Source: Alphaproteobacteria bacterium
GTDB taxonomy: Bacteria; Pseudomonadota; Alphaproteobacteria; UBA828
Direction: 5' to 3'
Assembly (NCBI GenBank): GCA_963667785.2
Contig: CAXXMU010000006.1
Coordinates: 800,001 to 864,000, forward strand
DNA: 64,000 nucleotides
Part shown: piece after piece, positions 18,914 to 28,526 of the stretch
How positions within the stretch are numbered: the first letter of the stretch is position 1
Layout: the number at the start of each line of letters is the position of its first letter
Notes under the pieces: generated by a model
What the model was told of the DNA's origin: nothing
Database searches by the model: none
Seen by the model: the letters and a program-made list of their open reading frames with translations, nothing else
Position numbers and translations under genes: made by a program

Positions 18914-19729
18914 TTAGACCACCGAGATGTCGGGCGCGTCCGGTCGCTTCATGCCGACGATGTGATAGCCGCAGTCGACGTGATGGACCTCGCCGGTGAC
19001 GCCGCGGCCGAGATCGCTCAGCAGGTAGGTCGCGGCGCCGCCGACCTCCTCGATCGTGACGTTGCGCTTGAGCGGGGCGTTGTACTCGTTCCACTTCATG
19101 ATGTAGCGGAAATCGCCGATCCCCGACGCAGCCAGGGTCTTGACCGGGCCGGCGGAGATCGCGTTGACCCTGATGTTCCGGTCGCCCAGGTCGGCGGCGA
19201 GATAGCGCACGCTCGCCTCCAGCGCCGCCTTGGCGACGCCCATCACGTTGTAGTGCGGCACCCAGCGCTCGGCACCCATGTAGGTGAGCGTCAGCAGGCC
19301 GCCGCCGTCCGCGTTCATCAGCCCCACGGCGCGCCGGCAGAGCGCCGTGAACGAGTAGCACGAGACCTGAAGCGTGGTCTGGAAGTTCTCGAGCGTGGTG
19401 TCGAGATAGCGCCCCTTCAGCTCGTCCTTGTCGGAATAGGCGATCGCATGGACGAGGAAGTCGAGGCCGCCCCAGCGCGCGGCGATCGCCTCGAAGGTGG
19501 CGTCGACGCTCGCCTCGTCGGTCACGTCGCAGGGAACGACGAAATCGGAGCCGACCGACTCGGCAAGTGGCCGAAGCCGCTTCTCGATCGCGTCACCCTG
19601 ATAGGTGAAGGCCAGATCGGCGCCATGATCGGCGAGGGACTGGGCCACACCCCAAGCGAGGGAGCGTGCGTTCGCAACCCCCATCACGATGCCCCGCTTG
19701 CCCGCCATCAGCGGCGAAGCATCCGCCAT
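18914..19729 (-). CDS. fabI: Enoyl-ACP reductase
   Basis: [35 protein letters not shown]. Confidence 0.95.
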   Translation of the reverse strand: MADASPLMAGKRGIVMGVANARSLAWGVAQSLADHGADLAFTYQGDAIEKRLRPLAESVGSDFVVPCDVTDEASVDATFEAIAARWGGLDFLVHAIAYSDKDELKGRYLDTTLENFQTTLQVSCYSFTALCRRAVGLMNADGGGLLTLTYMGAERWVPHYNVMGVAKAALEASVRYLAADLGDRNIRVNAISAGPVKTLAASGIGDFRYIMKWNEYNAPLKRNVTIEEVGGAATYLLSDLGRGVTGEVHHVDCGYHIVGMKRPDAPDISVV

Positions 19730-19983
19730 CGAAGCCTCGTTTTTCCTTGATTTCCCGCGTGTTGCCGCATCCTACACGAAACCCGCGGTGCCGCAAGCGG
19801 GCAGCGGCCCTGTCGCCGTTCTTTCATGTCCCGGCCCAGGGGCCGCAGCGCACCCCGCCGCCGGGCGGATACCGGCCGCGACCGTGCTATAAGCGGCGGG
19901 CAAGCCACCTGTCGCCCGAAGGGCGGCGGATCACGCGCGCTCACGGTGCGATCAATGGCCCTCATGCGCGGAATGCGCCTGGC

Positions 19984-20919
19984 GTGAAACCCGATACTGC
20001 GAGCGGACCGCGAATCGACCCGGAACGCGCCCGCCGGATGATGCGCCGCGCGACCGCATTCGCGGTCGCCGCCGCCGCGCTGATGATCGCCGGCAAGCTC
20101 GGCGCCTGGCTCGCGACCGATTCCGTCAGCCTTCTCTCGGCATTGGCGGATTCGGTGATGGACGTGCTCGCCTCGCTGATCAACCTGTTCGCCGTCCGCC
20201 ATGCGCTCCAGCCGCCGGATCGGGAGCACCGCTTCGGCCACGGCAAGGCGGAGCCGCTGGCGGGCCTCGGCCAGGCGCTCTTCATCACGGCGTCCGCGAT
20301 CTTCCTCATCGTCGAGGCGGCGGGCCGCATCGTCGAGCCGGAGCCCATCCGGCAAGCGCCGGTGGGGATCGGGGTGATGGGCTTCGCCATCCTCGTCACG
20401 GCGGCGCTGGTGACCTATCAGCGCCGGGTGGTGCGGCTCACGGGATCGACGGCGATCAAGGCCGATTCGCTCCACTATGCGTCCGACATCCTGGTGGACA
20501 TCGGCGTGATCGTGGCGCTGGTGCTGGCGATGACGCTCGGTTGGGGCCTGGCCGACCCGATCATCGCGATCCTGATCGCGGGCGTCATCATCCACGCCGC
20601 GTTCCGCGTGGCGAAGGGCGCCATCGAGCAGCTCATGGACCGCGAGTTCCCGGACGAGGACCGCGAGCGGATTCGGCAGATCGTGCTGGCGCATCCCGAC
20701 GTGCTGGACTGCCACGATCTCAGGACCCGCCGCTCGGGCATCGATTCCTTCATCCAGGTCCATGTCGAGATGGACCGCTCGCTCACCCTGATGCGCGCGC
20801 ACGAGATCTCCGACGACGTGGAGGCACGGATCCGCGCGGTCTTCCCCCATGCGGAGGTCCTCATCCACGCCGACCCGGAAGGCATCGAGGAACCCATGCC
20901 GAGCTTCGCCCGGCGTTGA
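19984..20919 (+). CDS. fieF: Cation diffusion facilitator (FieF-like)
   Basis: Hydrophobic helices, DREHRFGHGKAE, ADSLHYASD, HDLRTR, AHEISD. Start approximate. Confidence 0.85.
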   Translation: MKPDTASGPRIDPERARRMMRRATAFAVAAAALMIAGKLGAWLATDSVSLLSALADSVMDVLASLINLFAVRHALQPPDREHRFGHGKAEPLAGLGQALFITASAIFLIVEAAGRIVEPEPIRQAPVGIGVMGFAILVTAALVTYQRRVVRLTGSTAIKADSLHYASDILVDIGVIVALVLAMTLGWGLADPIIAILIAGVIIHAAFRVAKGAIEQLMDREFPDEDRERIRQIVLAHPDVLDCHDLRTRRSGIDSFIQVHVEMDRSLTLMRAHEISDDVEARIRAVFPHAEVLIHADPEGIEEPMPSFARR

Positions 20920-20951
20920 TGCGGGCCTGAGAGGAAAGAGGGGGCACCGCC

Positions 20952-21593
20952 ATGCCACGCTGGGCGAACGGGCCGGTCGGGCAGCCGGCCTACTGGCAGG
21001 AGGCGTGCGCGGGTCTCGCCGCCGACCCGGTGATGGCGGCGCTTGTGGCGCGTTACCGGGGCGAGGGCCTGGTGGGCCAGGGCGATGCCTTCCTCACCAT
21101 CGCCCGCGCCATCGTGGCACAGCAGATCTCCGTGCGCGCGGCCGACAGCATCTGGGCGCGGCTCGAGGCTGCCGTCGGCACCGTCGCGCCGGCCGAAGTC
21201 GCGGCGCGGACGGAGGAGGCACTGCGCGGCGCCGGACTCACCCGCCAGAAGGCGGGCTACCTGCGTGACATCGCCGGGGGCTTCGTCGCCGGCCGCATCG
21301 AGCCTGCGCGCTGGCAAGACGCGGACGACGAGGCGGTGATCGCCGACCTGCTGGCGCTGCGCGGAGTCGGCCGCTGGACCGCCGAGATGGTGCTCATCTT
21401 CCACCTGCAGCGGCCGGACGTGCTGCCGCTCGCGGATATCGGCGTGCGCCGCGCCATGACCCAGCACTACGGCGACGGCGAGAGCATGAGCGTGGACGCG
21501 ATCGAGGCCCGGGCCGAGTGCTGGCGGCCGTGGCGCTCGGTTGCGGTCTGGCATCTGTGGCGCAGCCTCGACCCGCTGCCGGTCGCCTACTGA
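20952..21593 (+). CDS. alkA: DNA-3-methyladenine glycosylase II family (HhH-GPD)
   Basis: AIVAQQISV, LRGVGRWTAEM, LPLADIG, WRPWRS. Confidence 0.85.
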   Translation: MPRWANGPVGQPAYWQEACAGLAADPVMAALVARYRGEGLVGQGDAFLTIARAIVAQQISVRAADSIWARLEAAVGTVAPAEVAARTEEALRGAGLTRQKAGYLRDIAGGFVAGRIEPARWQDADDEAVIADLLALRGVGRWTAEMVLIFHLQRPDVLPLADIGVRRAMTQHYGDGESMSVDAIEARAECWRPWRSVAVWHLWRSLDPLPVAY

Positions 21594-21758
21594 GGGCGAC
21601 CAGTGCACCTAAGGCCACGATGGTGGCCCTGCCGGCACCGCCCGCACCGTGGACCGGCGGGGCGGCGGACTTCATAATGCGCCGGCGGCGAACGGACCGT
21701 CCGCGGCGCGCACACGGCGCCCGGTGCGCCCGCCGGAGCCGCGCCCGGAGAGGACCGC

Positions 21759-22289
21759 ATGTCGCTGCTCGACGATTTCGATTTCGATTCCCTGTCCGCA
21801 CCGGTCGTCGCGGTGGACGCGGGGGACTTCAAGGAAGGCATGCGCCAGCTCGCGGCCGGCGTCACCATCGTGACGACGTCGATAGGCGAGAGACGCATCG
21901 GGCTGACCGCCACCGCCGTCTGCTCGCTGAGCGCGGAGCCGCCGCTGCTGCTGGCCTGCGTCAACCGCGAGGCGGGCGCCCACGACCCCACGCTGCAGAG
22001 CCGGGTCTTCTGCGTCAACGTGCTGGGCGCGCGGCACCTGGACCTGGCGGCGCAGTTCTCGTCCTCGTCGCGGGTGCCGGAGCGCTTCACCACCGGCAAC
22101 TGGGGGACGCTCGCCACCGGGGCGCCGGTGCTGATGGATGCGCTCGCGAGCTTCGACTGCCTGCTCGGCCAGACGCTCCGGGCCGAGACCCACACGGTGC
22201 TCACCGGCCGCGTGCAGGCGGTGAGCACCGACCCGGCGCAGGAGCCGCTCCTCTACTCCCGCGGCGCCTTCGGCACCTTCGCCGCGTAG
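21759..22289 (+). CDS. Flavin reductase (HpaC/RutF-like)
   Basis: FKEGMRQLAAGVTIVT, GLTATAVCSLSAEPP, ETH, PLLY..GAF. Confidence 0.9.
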   Translation: MSLLDDFDFDSLSAPVVAVDAGDFKEGMRQLAAGVTIVTTSIGERRIGLTATAVCSLSAEPPLLLACVNREAGAHDPTLQSRVFCVNVLGARHLDLAAQFSSSSRVPERFTTGNWGTLATGAPVLMDALASFDCLLGQTLRAETHTVLTGRVQAVSTDPAQEPLLYSRGAFGTFAA

Positions 22290-22421
22290 AGCGTATCCGT
22301 CTGGGGCGGATACGCGACAGGCCGCGACTGCGGCCCGCCGCTTATGCGGCGCTCTCGCGGAGGCGCCGGCAGGCGCGCGGAATCGCGGGACTGCCGGCTG
22401 CCGTGAGCGAAAGAATTGTCA
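22286..22421 (+). repeat. Intergenic multi-hairpin repeat, copy 3 (right terminal hairpin absent)
   Basis: GTAGAGCGTATCCGTCTGGGGCGGATACGCGACAGGCCGCGACTGCGGCCCGCCGCTTATGCGGCG..GCCGGCTGCCGTGAGCGAAAG. Confidence 0.9.
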
Positions 22422-23195
22422 GAGCTTCGCCATGATCCCGCCGTCGACGACGAGGTCGATGCCGGTGATGAAGGACGCCTTGTCCGAGAGCAGGAAGAGG
22501 CAGGCGTGGGCGATGTCCTCCGGCAGGCCGAGGCGGCCCAAGGGCGTGCGCGCGATCATGGCGTCGGCGCGGCTGGGATCGGCCTCGTAGGCCGGTGCCG
22601 TCATCGGCGTCAGCACCGCACCGGGGCAGATGGTGTTGGAGCGGATGCCGGCGGGCGCGAGCTGCATGGCGAGCGAGCGCGAAAGCGCCGACATCCCGGC
22701 CTTCGACGCCTGGTAGGCGTCGATCGGCCCGTCCACCAGGATGTTCTCCATGTTGCGCAGGCCCACGACGCTCGCGATGTGGACCATCGCACCGCCCGCG
22801 CCCGTGCGCCTGAGGCAGGGCACGGCGCGGCGCGCCATGAGGGCTGCGGCGGTGAGGTTGATCTCCATCACCCGGTGCCAGACCGCCATCTCGATCTCGG
22901 CGATCGGGCCGTCCCGGTCGTACCAGCCGACGCCTGCGGCATTGACCAGGTAGTCGAGCCGGCCGGCCGCCTGGAAGGCCTCCGAAACGGTGCGCTCGAC
23001 CAGCCCCTCGTCGCTGGCATCGCCCCGGACGTACCGCCCGGCGGCGCCGGCACCGGCCGCGAACTCCGGCGGCTCGGGCTTGGGGTCGATGGCGGTGACC
23101 GCGCAGCCCTCGGCGCGGAGCGCGCGGGCGATGGCGAGGCCCATGCCCCCGCCTGCGCCGGTCATCACGCACGCCTTGCCGGCGAAGCCGCTCAT
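22419..23195 (-). CDS. SDR family oxidoreductase
   Basis: TGAGGGMG, NAAG, YQASK, ICPG. Confidence 0.9.
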   Translation of the reverse strand: MSGFAGKACVMTGAGGGMGLAIARALRAEGCAVTAIDPKPEPPEFAAGAGAAGRYVRGDASDEGLVERTVSEAFQAAGRLDYLVNAAGVGWYDRDGPIAEIEMAVWHRVMEINLTAAALMARRAVPCLRRTGAGGAMVHIASVVGLRNMENILVDGPIDAYQASKAGMSALSRSLAMQLAPAGIRSNTICPGAVLTPMTAPAYEADPSRADAMIARTPLGRLGLPEDIAHACLFLLSDKASFITGIDLVVDGGIMAKL

Positions 23196-23211
23196 GGCCG
23201 AGCTCCCTCTC

Positions 23212-24153
23212 TCAGCGGGCGAAGGCGGCACGCAGCGCCGCCGCTGCGTCCGCGAGGCCCGCCTCGGCGCTCGCGATCAGGCCGGTGATCGAGACGAAGC
23301 CGTGGATCATGCCCTCGTGGCACCGGTATTCGGTGGGCACCCCCGCCTCCTGCAGCCGCCTGGCATAGGCCTCGCCCTCGTCCCGCAGCGGATCGAAGCC
23401 GGCGGTCATCACGAAGGCGGGCGGCAGGCCGGAGAGGTCCGGCGCCCGCAGCGGCGAGGCGAGCGGCGCGGTCGCGTCGCCCTCCGGCCCGACATAGCTC
23501 GCCACGTAGAAGGGCATGGAGTTGAGCAGGTAGCCGGAGGAGTAGAGCCGCTTGGACTCGGTCTCGCCGGCGAGATCGGTGGCCGGGTAGATCAGGAGCT
23601 GGAAGCAGATCGCAGGCCCGCCGCGGTCCCGCGCCGTGAGAGTCACCCCGCAGGCGATGTTGCCGCCGGCACTGTCGCCGCCGATGGCGAGCCGCGCGGG
23701 GTCGGCGCCGAGTTTCCGGGCATTCTCCGCCGCCCAGCGGGTCGCGGCATCGCAGTCCTCGAGCGCGGCGGGAAAGCGGTGCTCCGGCGCAAGCCGGTAG
23801 TCGACCGAGGCGACCAGGCAGCCCGCGTGGTGGCAGAGATAGCGGCAGACGTCGTCGTGGGTATCGAGATCGCCGCGGATCCAGCCGCCGCCGTGATAGT
23901 AGACGAGGATCGGCAGCGGTCCCGACCCCGCCCCCGCCGCTACCGGCTCGTAGAGGCGCACCGCGAGCAACCCGGCAGGCCCGGGCGCCGTGTGCTCGCT
24001 GACCGATTCCACCGGCAGCCGCGGGCCGGCGACGGCCGCCATCTCCGCCTTCCACTCCGCACGTGCGTCTTCCGGCGTCATCTCCTCCACCGGGGTCTCG
24101 GCGCTCGGGTCGAGCGAGGCGAGCAGCTCCGCGAGAGCGGGGTCGAGCTGCAT
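23212..24153 (-). CDS. HSL-family alpha/beta hydrolase (esterase or lactonase)
   Basis: HGGGW, YRLAPEH, GDSAGG, DPLRDEG, HGF. Confidence 0.92.
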   Translation of the reverse strand: MQLDPALAELLASLDPSAETPVEEMTPEDARAEWKAEMAAVAGPRLPVESVSEHTAPGPAGLLAVRLYEPVAAGAGSGPLPILVYYHGGGWIRGDLDTHDDVCRYLCHHAGCLVASVDYRLAPEHRFPAALEDCDAATRWAAENARKLGADPARLAIGGDSAGGNIACGVTLTARDRGGPAICFQLLIYPATDLAGETESKRLYSSGYLLNSMPFYVASYVGPEGDATAPLASPLRAPDLSGLPPAFVMTAGFDPLRDEGEAYARRLQEAGVPTEYRCHEGMIHGFVSITGLIASAEAGLADAAAALRAAFAR

Positions 24154-24187
24154 AGAGGGTGTCGTCAGCCCTGCCGGCGGGCGCGCG

Positions 24188-25294
24188 TCAGGCGCCGGCG
24201 ACGGCGCGCAGCGCCTCGCCGCCGGTGAAGCAGGGCACCACCTCGTCGGCAAAGCGGCCCAGCCAAGCCTGGCGGTGGCGGCGCGGCACGCCCGGCGTCG
24301 CCGTGTGGATGAGGAAGCTGTTGAAGCCCGCCTCCACGTAGGCCTCGACGCGGCGGCGCACGGTCTCCGGCGAGCCGACGAACTGCCCGTCGGCCCACGG
24401 CGGAATGTTGGCGGGGTCGGTGCGCTCCTTCATCTTGGCGAAGATCCTGGCCCAGGCGGTGTAGGTCGAGAGCGTCTCGAAGTGGCCGTCGTCGGCTTCG
24501 TAGTGATCGATCTGCGCCTGCTGGAAGCGCGGGATGTAGCGCTTGGCGAGCGCATAGGCCTCCTCGTCGGTGTCGGCGACGATGCAGTTGACCATCATCG
24601 GGTAGCGGCAGGCGTCCACATCCATGCCGTGCGCGTGGGCGGCCTCCTTCCAGGCGGCGAGCGCGTCCCGCTGCAGCGGCAGGTTGCTGAAGGCGGTCAT
24701 GATCGGCGGCAGCCCCAGGGAGGCCATCACGGTGCCCGAGTCCGGGCTGCCGCCGACGGCGCCGTAGAAGCTGATCTTGCTCGTGTCCGACCGCGGGCGC
24801 AGCTCGACGCGGGTGGGGACGGTCAGATACTCGCCCTCGTAGCGGAAGCGCCCGCCGGCGAGCGCGGTGCGCACGATCTCCCAGGCCTCGCGGAAGCGCT
24901 GCCGGCTCTCCTCCATCGGCACGCCGAAGGCGTCGTACTCGTACTTGGCCGTGCCGCGGCCGAGACCGAGATGCAGCGGCTGGTCGGTGAGCAGGTTGAG
25001 CTGCGCGATCTCCTCCGCCAGCCTGAGCGGCTCGTACCAGGGCGTCACCAGAACGCAGGTGCCGAGCGCGAAATCCGGGAAGCGCGCGGCGATGTGGGAG
25101 AGGAAGGCGAGCGGGTTGGGCGTCGGGAAGTAGTCGGAGAAGTGATGCTCGATCATCCAGGCAGCCCGGTAGCCGGCCCGGTGGGCGAATTCGCAATCCG
25201 CCAGGATCTCCTTGTAGAGCGCCGCGTCCGAGAGCCCGTCCTCGCCCACCGGTGCCGCGACGAAGGCGAAGTCGATCCCGCCAGTCCTGCTCAT
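24188..25294 (-). CDS. Luciferase-like (LLM) flavin-dependent monooxygenase
   Basis: WMIEHHF, PLRLAEEIA, LGLGRG, VGSPETV. Confidence 0.9.
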   Translation of the reverse strand: MSRTGGIDFAFVAAPVGEDGLSDAALYKEILADCEFAHRAGYRAAWMIEHHFSDYFPTPNPLAFLSHIAARFPDFALGTCVLVTPWYEPLRLAEEIAQLNLLTDQPLHLGLGRGTAKYEYDAFGVPMEESRQRFREAWEIVRTALAGGRFRYEGEYLTVPTRVELRPRSDTSKISFYGAVGGSPDSGTVMASLGLPPIMTAFSNLPLQRDALAAWKEAAHAHGMDVDACRYPMMVNCIVADTDEEAYALAKRYIPRFQQAQIDHYEADDGHFETLSTYTAWARIFAKMKERTDPANIPPWADGQFVGSPETVRRRVEAYVEAGFNSFLIHTATPGVPRRHRQAWLGRFADEVVPCFTGGEALRAVAGA

Positions 25295-25496
25295 GATCCT
25301 CCCGCACGGCTCCGCGCCAGCGGTCGGAGAGTCGGGCGATCGCCCGCGCCTGTCAATGGCTCCCGCCCGGCTCGCTTCGGCCCTCGCGTGCCGGCAGGCG
25401 CCGCGCGGACGGGCCGGGACGGGGCGCCAATTGGACGTGCCCCGCCTCTCGCGCTATGAGGACGGTTCGAGCGTTACAGTGGCGAGACGGGGAGCA

Positions 25497-25835
25497 ATGA
25501 CCGTGGACGTGACGATCGATCGGCGCGACGGCGTGGTGGTCCTGTCCGTGAGCGGGCGCCTGGACGCCGTCAACGCCGCGGCATTCCTGGAGACGGTCAG
25601 GGCAGAGATCGACGCCGGCGACGGGGCCATGATCATGGACCTGGAAGGGCTCGAGTATCTCGGCAGCGCGGGTCTCCGCGTCGTCTACATTGCCGCGTCC
25701 GAGCTGCAGAAGCGCGATGCGGGATTCGCGGTGTGCTCGCCGCCGCCTCCCATCGCCAAGGTGATCCGGCTCAGCGGCATGGAAAAGCTGATCCCGGTCT
25801 ACGGCTCCAGGGCCGACGCCCTCGCAGCGCTCTGA
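25497..25835 (+). CDS. STAS-domain anti-sigma factor antagonist
   Basis: VSGRLDA and DLEGLEYLGSAGLR (phosphorylatable Ser); GGGAG RBS. Confidence 0.88.
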   Translation: MTVDVTIDRRDGVVVLSVSGRLDAVNAAAFLETVRAEIDAGDGAMIMDLEGLEYLGSAGLRVVYIAASELQKRDAGFAVCSPPPPIAKVIRLSGMEKLIPVYGSRADALAAL

Positions 25836-25882
25836 TCCGTCTCGCCCCGCGTGGTCCGCGCGGCGTCCGGCGCCCGACACCC

Positions 25883-26656
25883 TCAGATGCCCGGCGGCCT
25901 CTCCGGCAGGATCTGGCCGCCGTCGAGCACGATGTCGTGGCCGGTGACGAAGCGCGCCTGGTCCGAGGCGAGGTAGACCAGCGCGTAGGCGACGTCCTCC
26001 GGGTCGCCCAGATGGCCGGCGGGGATGACCTTGCTGAATTCCTTCACCGCCTCGTCGCCGCGGGCCTGGGCGATGCCCTCGGTCAGGATCGAGCCGGGGG
26101 AGACCGTGTTGGCGGTGATGCCGAAGGGCGCGAGTTCGAGCGCCGCGCCCCGGACGAAAGCGTTCACGCCGCCCTTGGACGCCATGTAGCAGCTCACGTC
26201 GGGCAGCCCCACGCGCGGCCCGGTGATCGACGAGACGACGAGGAGCCGCCCTGCCCGCTGGCTCTTCATCTGCGGCAGGCACGCCTGGACCGCGAAGAAC
26301 ACGCCCTTGAGGTTGGTGTCCATCACGTCGTCCCACATCGCCTCCGTCATGTCGGCGATCAGCGCGTTGGGGTAGATGCCGGCGTTGAGGCAGAGGACGT
26401 CGATGCGGCCGTAGCGCTCGATGCAGGTGGCGGCCATGCCCTCCATGTCCGCCTTGCTGCGCACGTCGGCCTGGAGGAACGAGGCGTCGAAGCCGGCGGC
26501 GACGATGGCCTCGGTGGTGTCCTGACCCGCCTGCGCGCTGCGGTTCACCACCAGCACGCGCGCGCCCTCTCGGGCGAAGACCTGCGCCACGGCCTTGCCG
26601 ATGCCGCGGCCGGCCCCGGTGACGATGGCCGTCTTGCCGGCGAGGCCGATCGGCAC
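25883..26656 (-). CDS. SDR family oxidoreductase (FabG-like)
   Basis: TGAGRGIG, NAGI, SSITG, YMASK, VSPG. Confidence 0.9.
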   Translation of the reverse strand: MPIGLAGKTAIVTGAGRGIGKAVAQVFAREGARVLVVNRSAQAGQDTTEAIVAAGFDASFLQADVRSKADMEGMAATCIERYGRIDVLCLNAGIYPNALIADMTEAMWDDVMDTNLKGVFFAVQACLPQMKSQRAGRLLVVSSITGPRVGLPDVSCYMASKGGVNAFVRGAALELAPFGITANTVSPGSILTEGIAQARGDEAVKEFSKVIPAGHLGDPEDVAYALVYLASDQARFVTGHDIVLDGGQILPERPPGI

Positions 26657-26696
26657 GAATGCCTCGGCGACGCGGCTGACCGGGCCGCGCCCGCCC

Positions 26697-28515
26697 TCAG
26701 GCCCGGGCGCCGCCGCCGTTCATCGACGCCCGGAGCGTGGCGGTGGCGGCCTCGTCCACCGCGAGGCTGTCGTCGTCGACGCTGCCGGTGATCGCGACGC
26801 CGTAGACCTCGCGCGCCGTCTCCGGCGTGATGTAGCGCTCGGCCACGTCGTTGAGCACGCGCCGGGTCTCGCGCTCGACCGGGCTGCCGTAGCCGCCCCC
26901 GCCCTGGTCCAGCGCGCGCAGCCGCTCGCCGCCCTCCAGATCGCACACCATCACCGCCGGGTACGGGTGCTCGCTGCCGTCCCGGTCGATCTTCGCGTTG
27001 CCGCCGAGGCGGGAGCCGGTGCCGCCGCGCACGCCCCTGGGCGCGCTCTCCAGCCCGTTGCAGACGTGGAGGATGCGCATCGGGTCGTTGCGCGGCCCCA
27101 TGACGACCTCGGTGGCAGGCCCGCCCCGCCTGCGCCCGTGGCCCATGGAATCGGTCACCACGTGCATCTTGTCGATGAGCACGGGGAAGCGCTGCTCGTT
27201 GATCTCGATGCTGTCGCGGTAGAGCAGCCCCGCCGCCACCGGCACGAAGAGATAGTGCATGCCGTCGTTCTCGGCGGACGCGCCGCCGCCGCCGCCCATC
27301 ATGAACATCTGGTTGATGTAGGCCTCGCCGTCCCGGCGCCAGTCGGTGCCGGAGGCGACGCCGGCGGCGGCCGAGTTGCAGTAGTTGCCGTGGGCGAAAC
27401 CCTGGCCGTCGCCGAGCTCGGCGAAGGCGGACTGGGTCACGTTCACGATCACGTCGGTCAGGTTCGTGGTCGCCACCGAGCAGCTGTGGGGGAAGCGCGG
27501 GATGCCGACCGCGCAGTTCTCGCGCAGCAGCACCTCGATGCGGCGCATGGTGCCCGAGTTGGGCGGCAGGTCCTCGCCGAGGCAGGTGAGCACGCCCTGC
27601 ACCGCCGCCATGGTGGAGGTGGTCTCGGTCAGGTTGAGGCCCGCGTCGATGCAATCGATGTTGTCGCGGAGATCCACCGTCACCTTCGCCGCGTCCGGGT
27701 CGATGTCGATGGAGACGTTGATCGGGAATCCCCTCCGGCACCCACGGCTCGACCGGATCGTGCGCCTGCGAGCCCTTGAGCGTGCCCTTGGGCAGCGCGC
27801 GGATGGCCTCGATGCAGCGGCGCTCGGAATAGTCGAACCACTCCTCGGTGAAGTGCCGCACCGTATGGGCACCGTACTTGGCGATGAAGGCCTTGAGCGA
27901 GCGCTCGCCGATGCGGGCCGCGCCCACGGCGGCGAGATAGTCGCCGTACCACTGCTCGGGCACGCGGATGCGGCGCTCGCACATGCGGATGATGTCGTCG
28001 ATGTCCCGAAAATCCCGCTGCACCTGGACGCAGGGGAAGATCAGCGCGCCTTCCTGATAGACGTCCGCGGCCTGCGCCATGTAGGTGGTGGGCAGGCTGT
28101 TGCCGACATCGGCCTGATGGGCCTTCACGGCGACCGTGAAGAAGTGCTCCCCCTCGTGGAACACCGGCACCAGGATGGTGTGGTCGGCCGGGTGCGTGTT
28201 GCCGAGATAGGGGTCGTTGTGGAGGTAGGCGTCGCCCTCGGCATAGTCGGGATGCAGGTCCTGCATCGACTTGGTCTGGATGTTGGTGCCCCAGACGTGG
28301 ATGGGGAAGCCTTCCGCCACGGCAAGCACCTGGTTGTCGGACGTGATGACCGCGCAGGAGAAGTCCCGCGCCATGCCGATCACGGAAGACCGCGCCGCCA
28401 GCAGCATGGTGTTGGTCATCTCGCGGCAGACCGCGTCCATGCGGTTCGCCATCACCGGCAGCAGAACCGGGTTGATGCGGTTCTCGCGCTGGGCCTCCGC
28501 CAGTGCCTGTGCCAT
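26697..28515 (-). pseudogene. Hydantoinase B/oxoprolinase subunit with a +1 frameshift (real or sequencing error)
   Basis: The N-half (RDFSC, NDPYLGNTHPAD, QEG) and C-half (GRRRGG, GGGGYGSP) are in different frames. Length 1819 = 3n+1. Removing one G from 27724-27726 restores PEGIPINVSID. Confidence 0.85.
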
Positions 28516-28526
28516 CGCTCCCTCCC

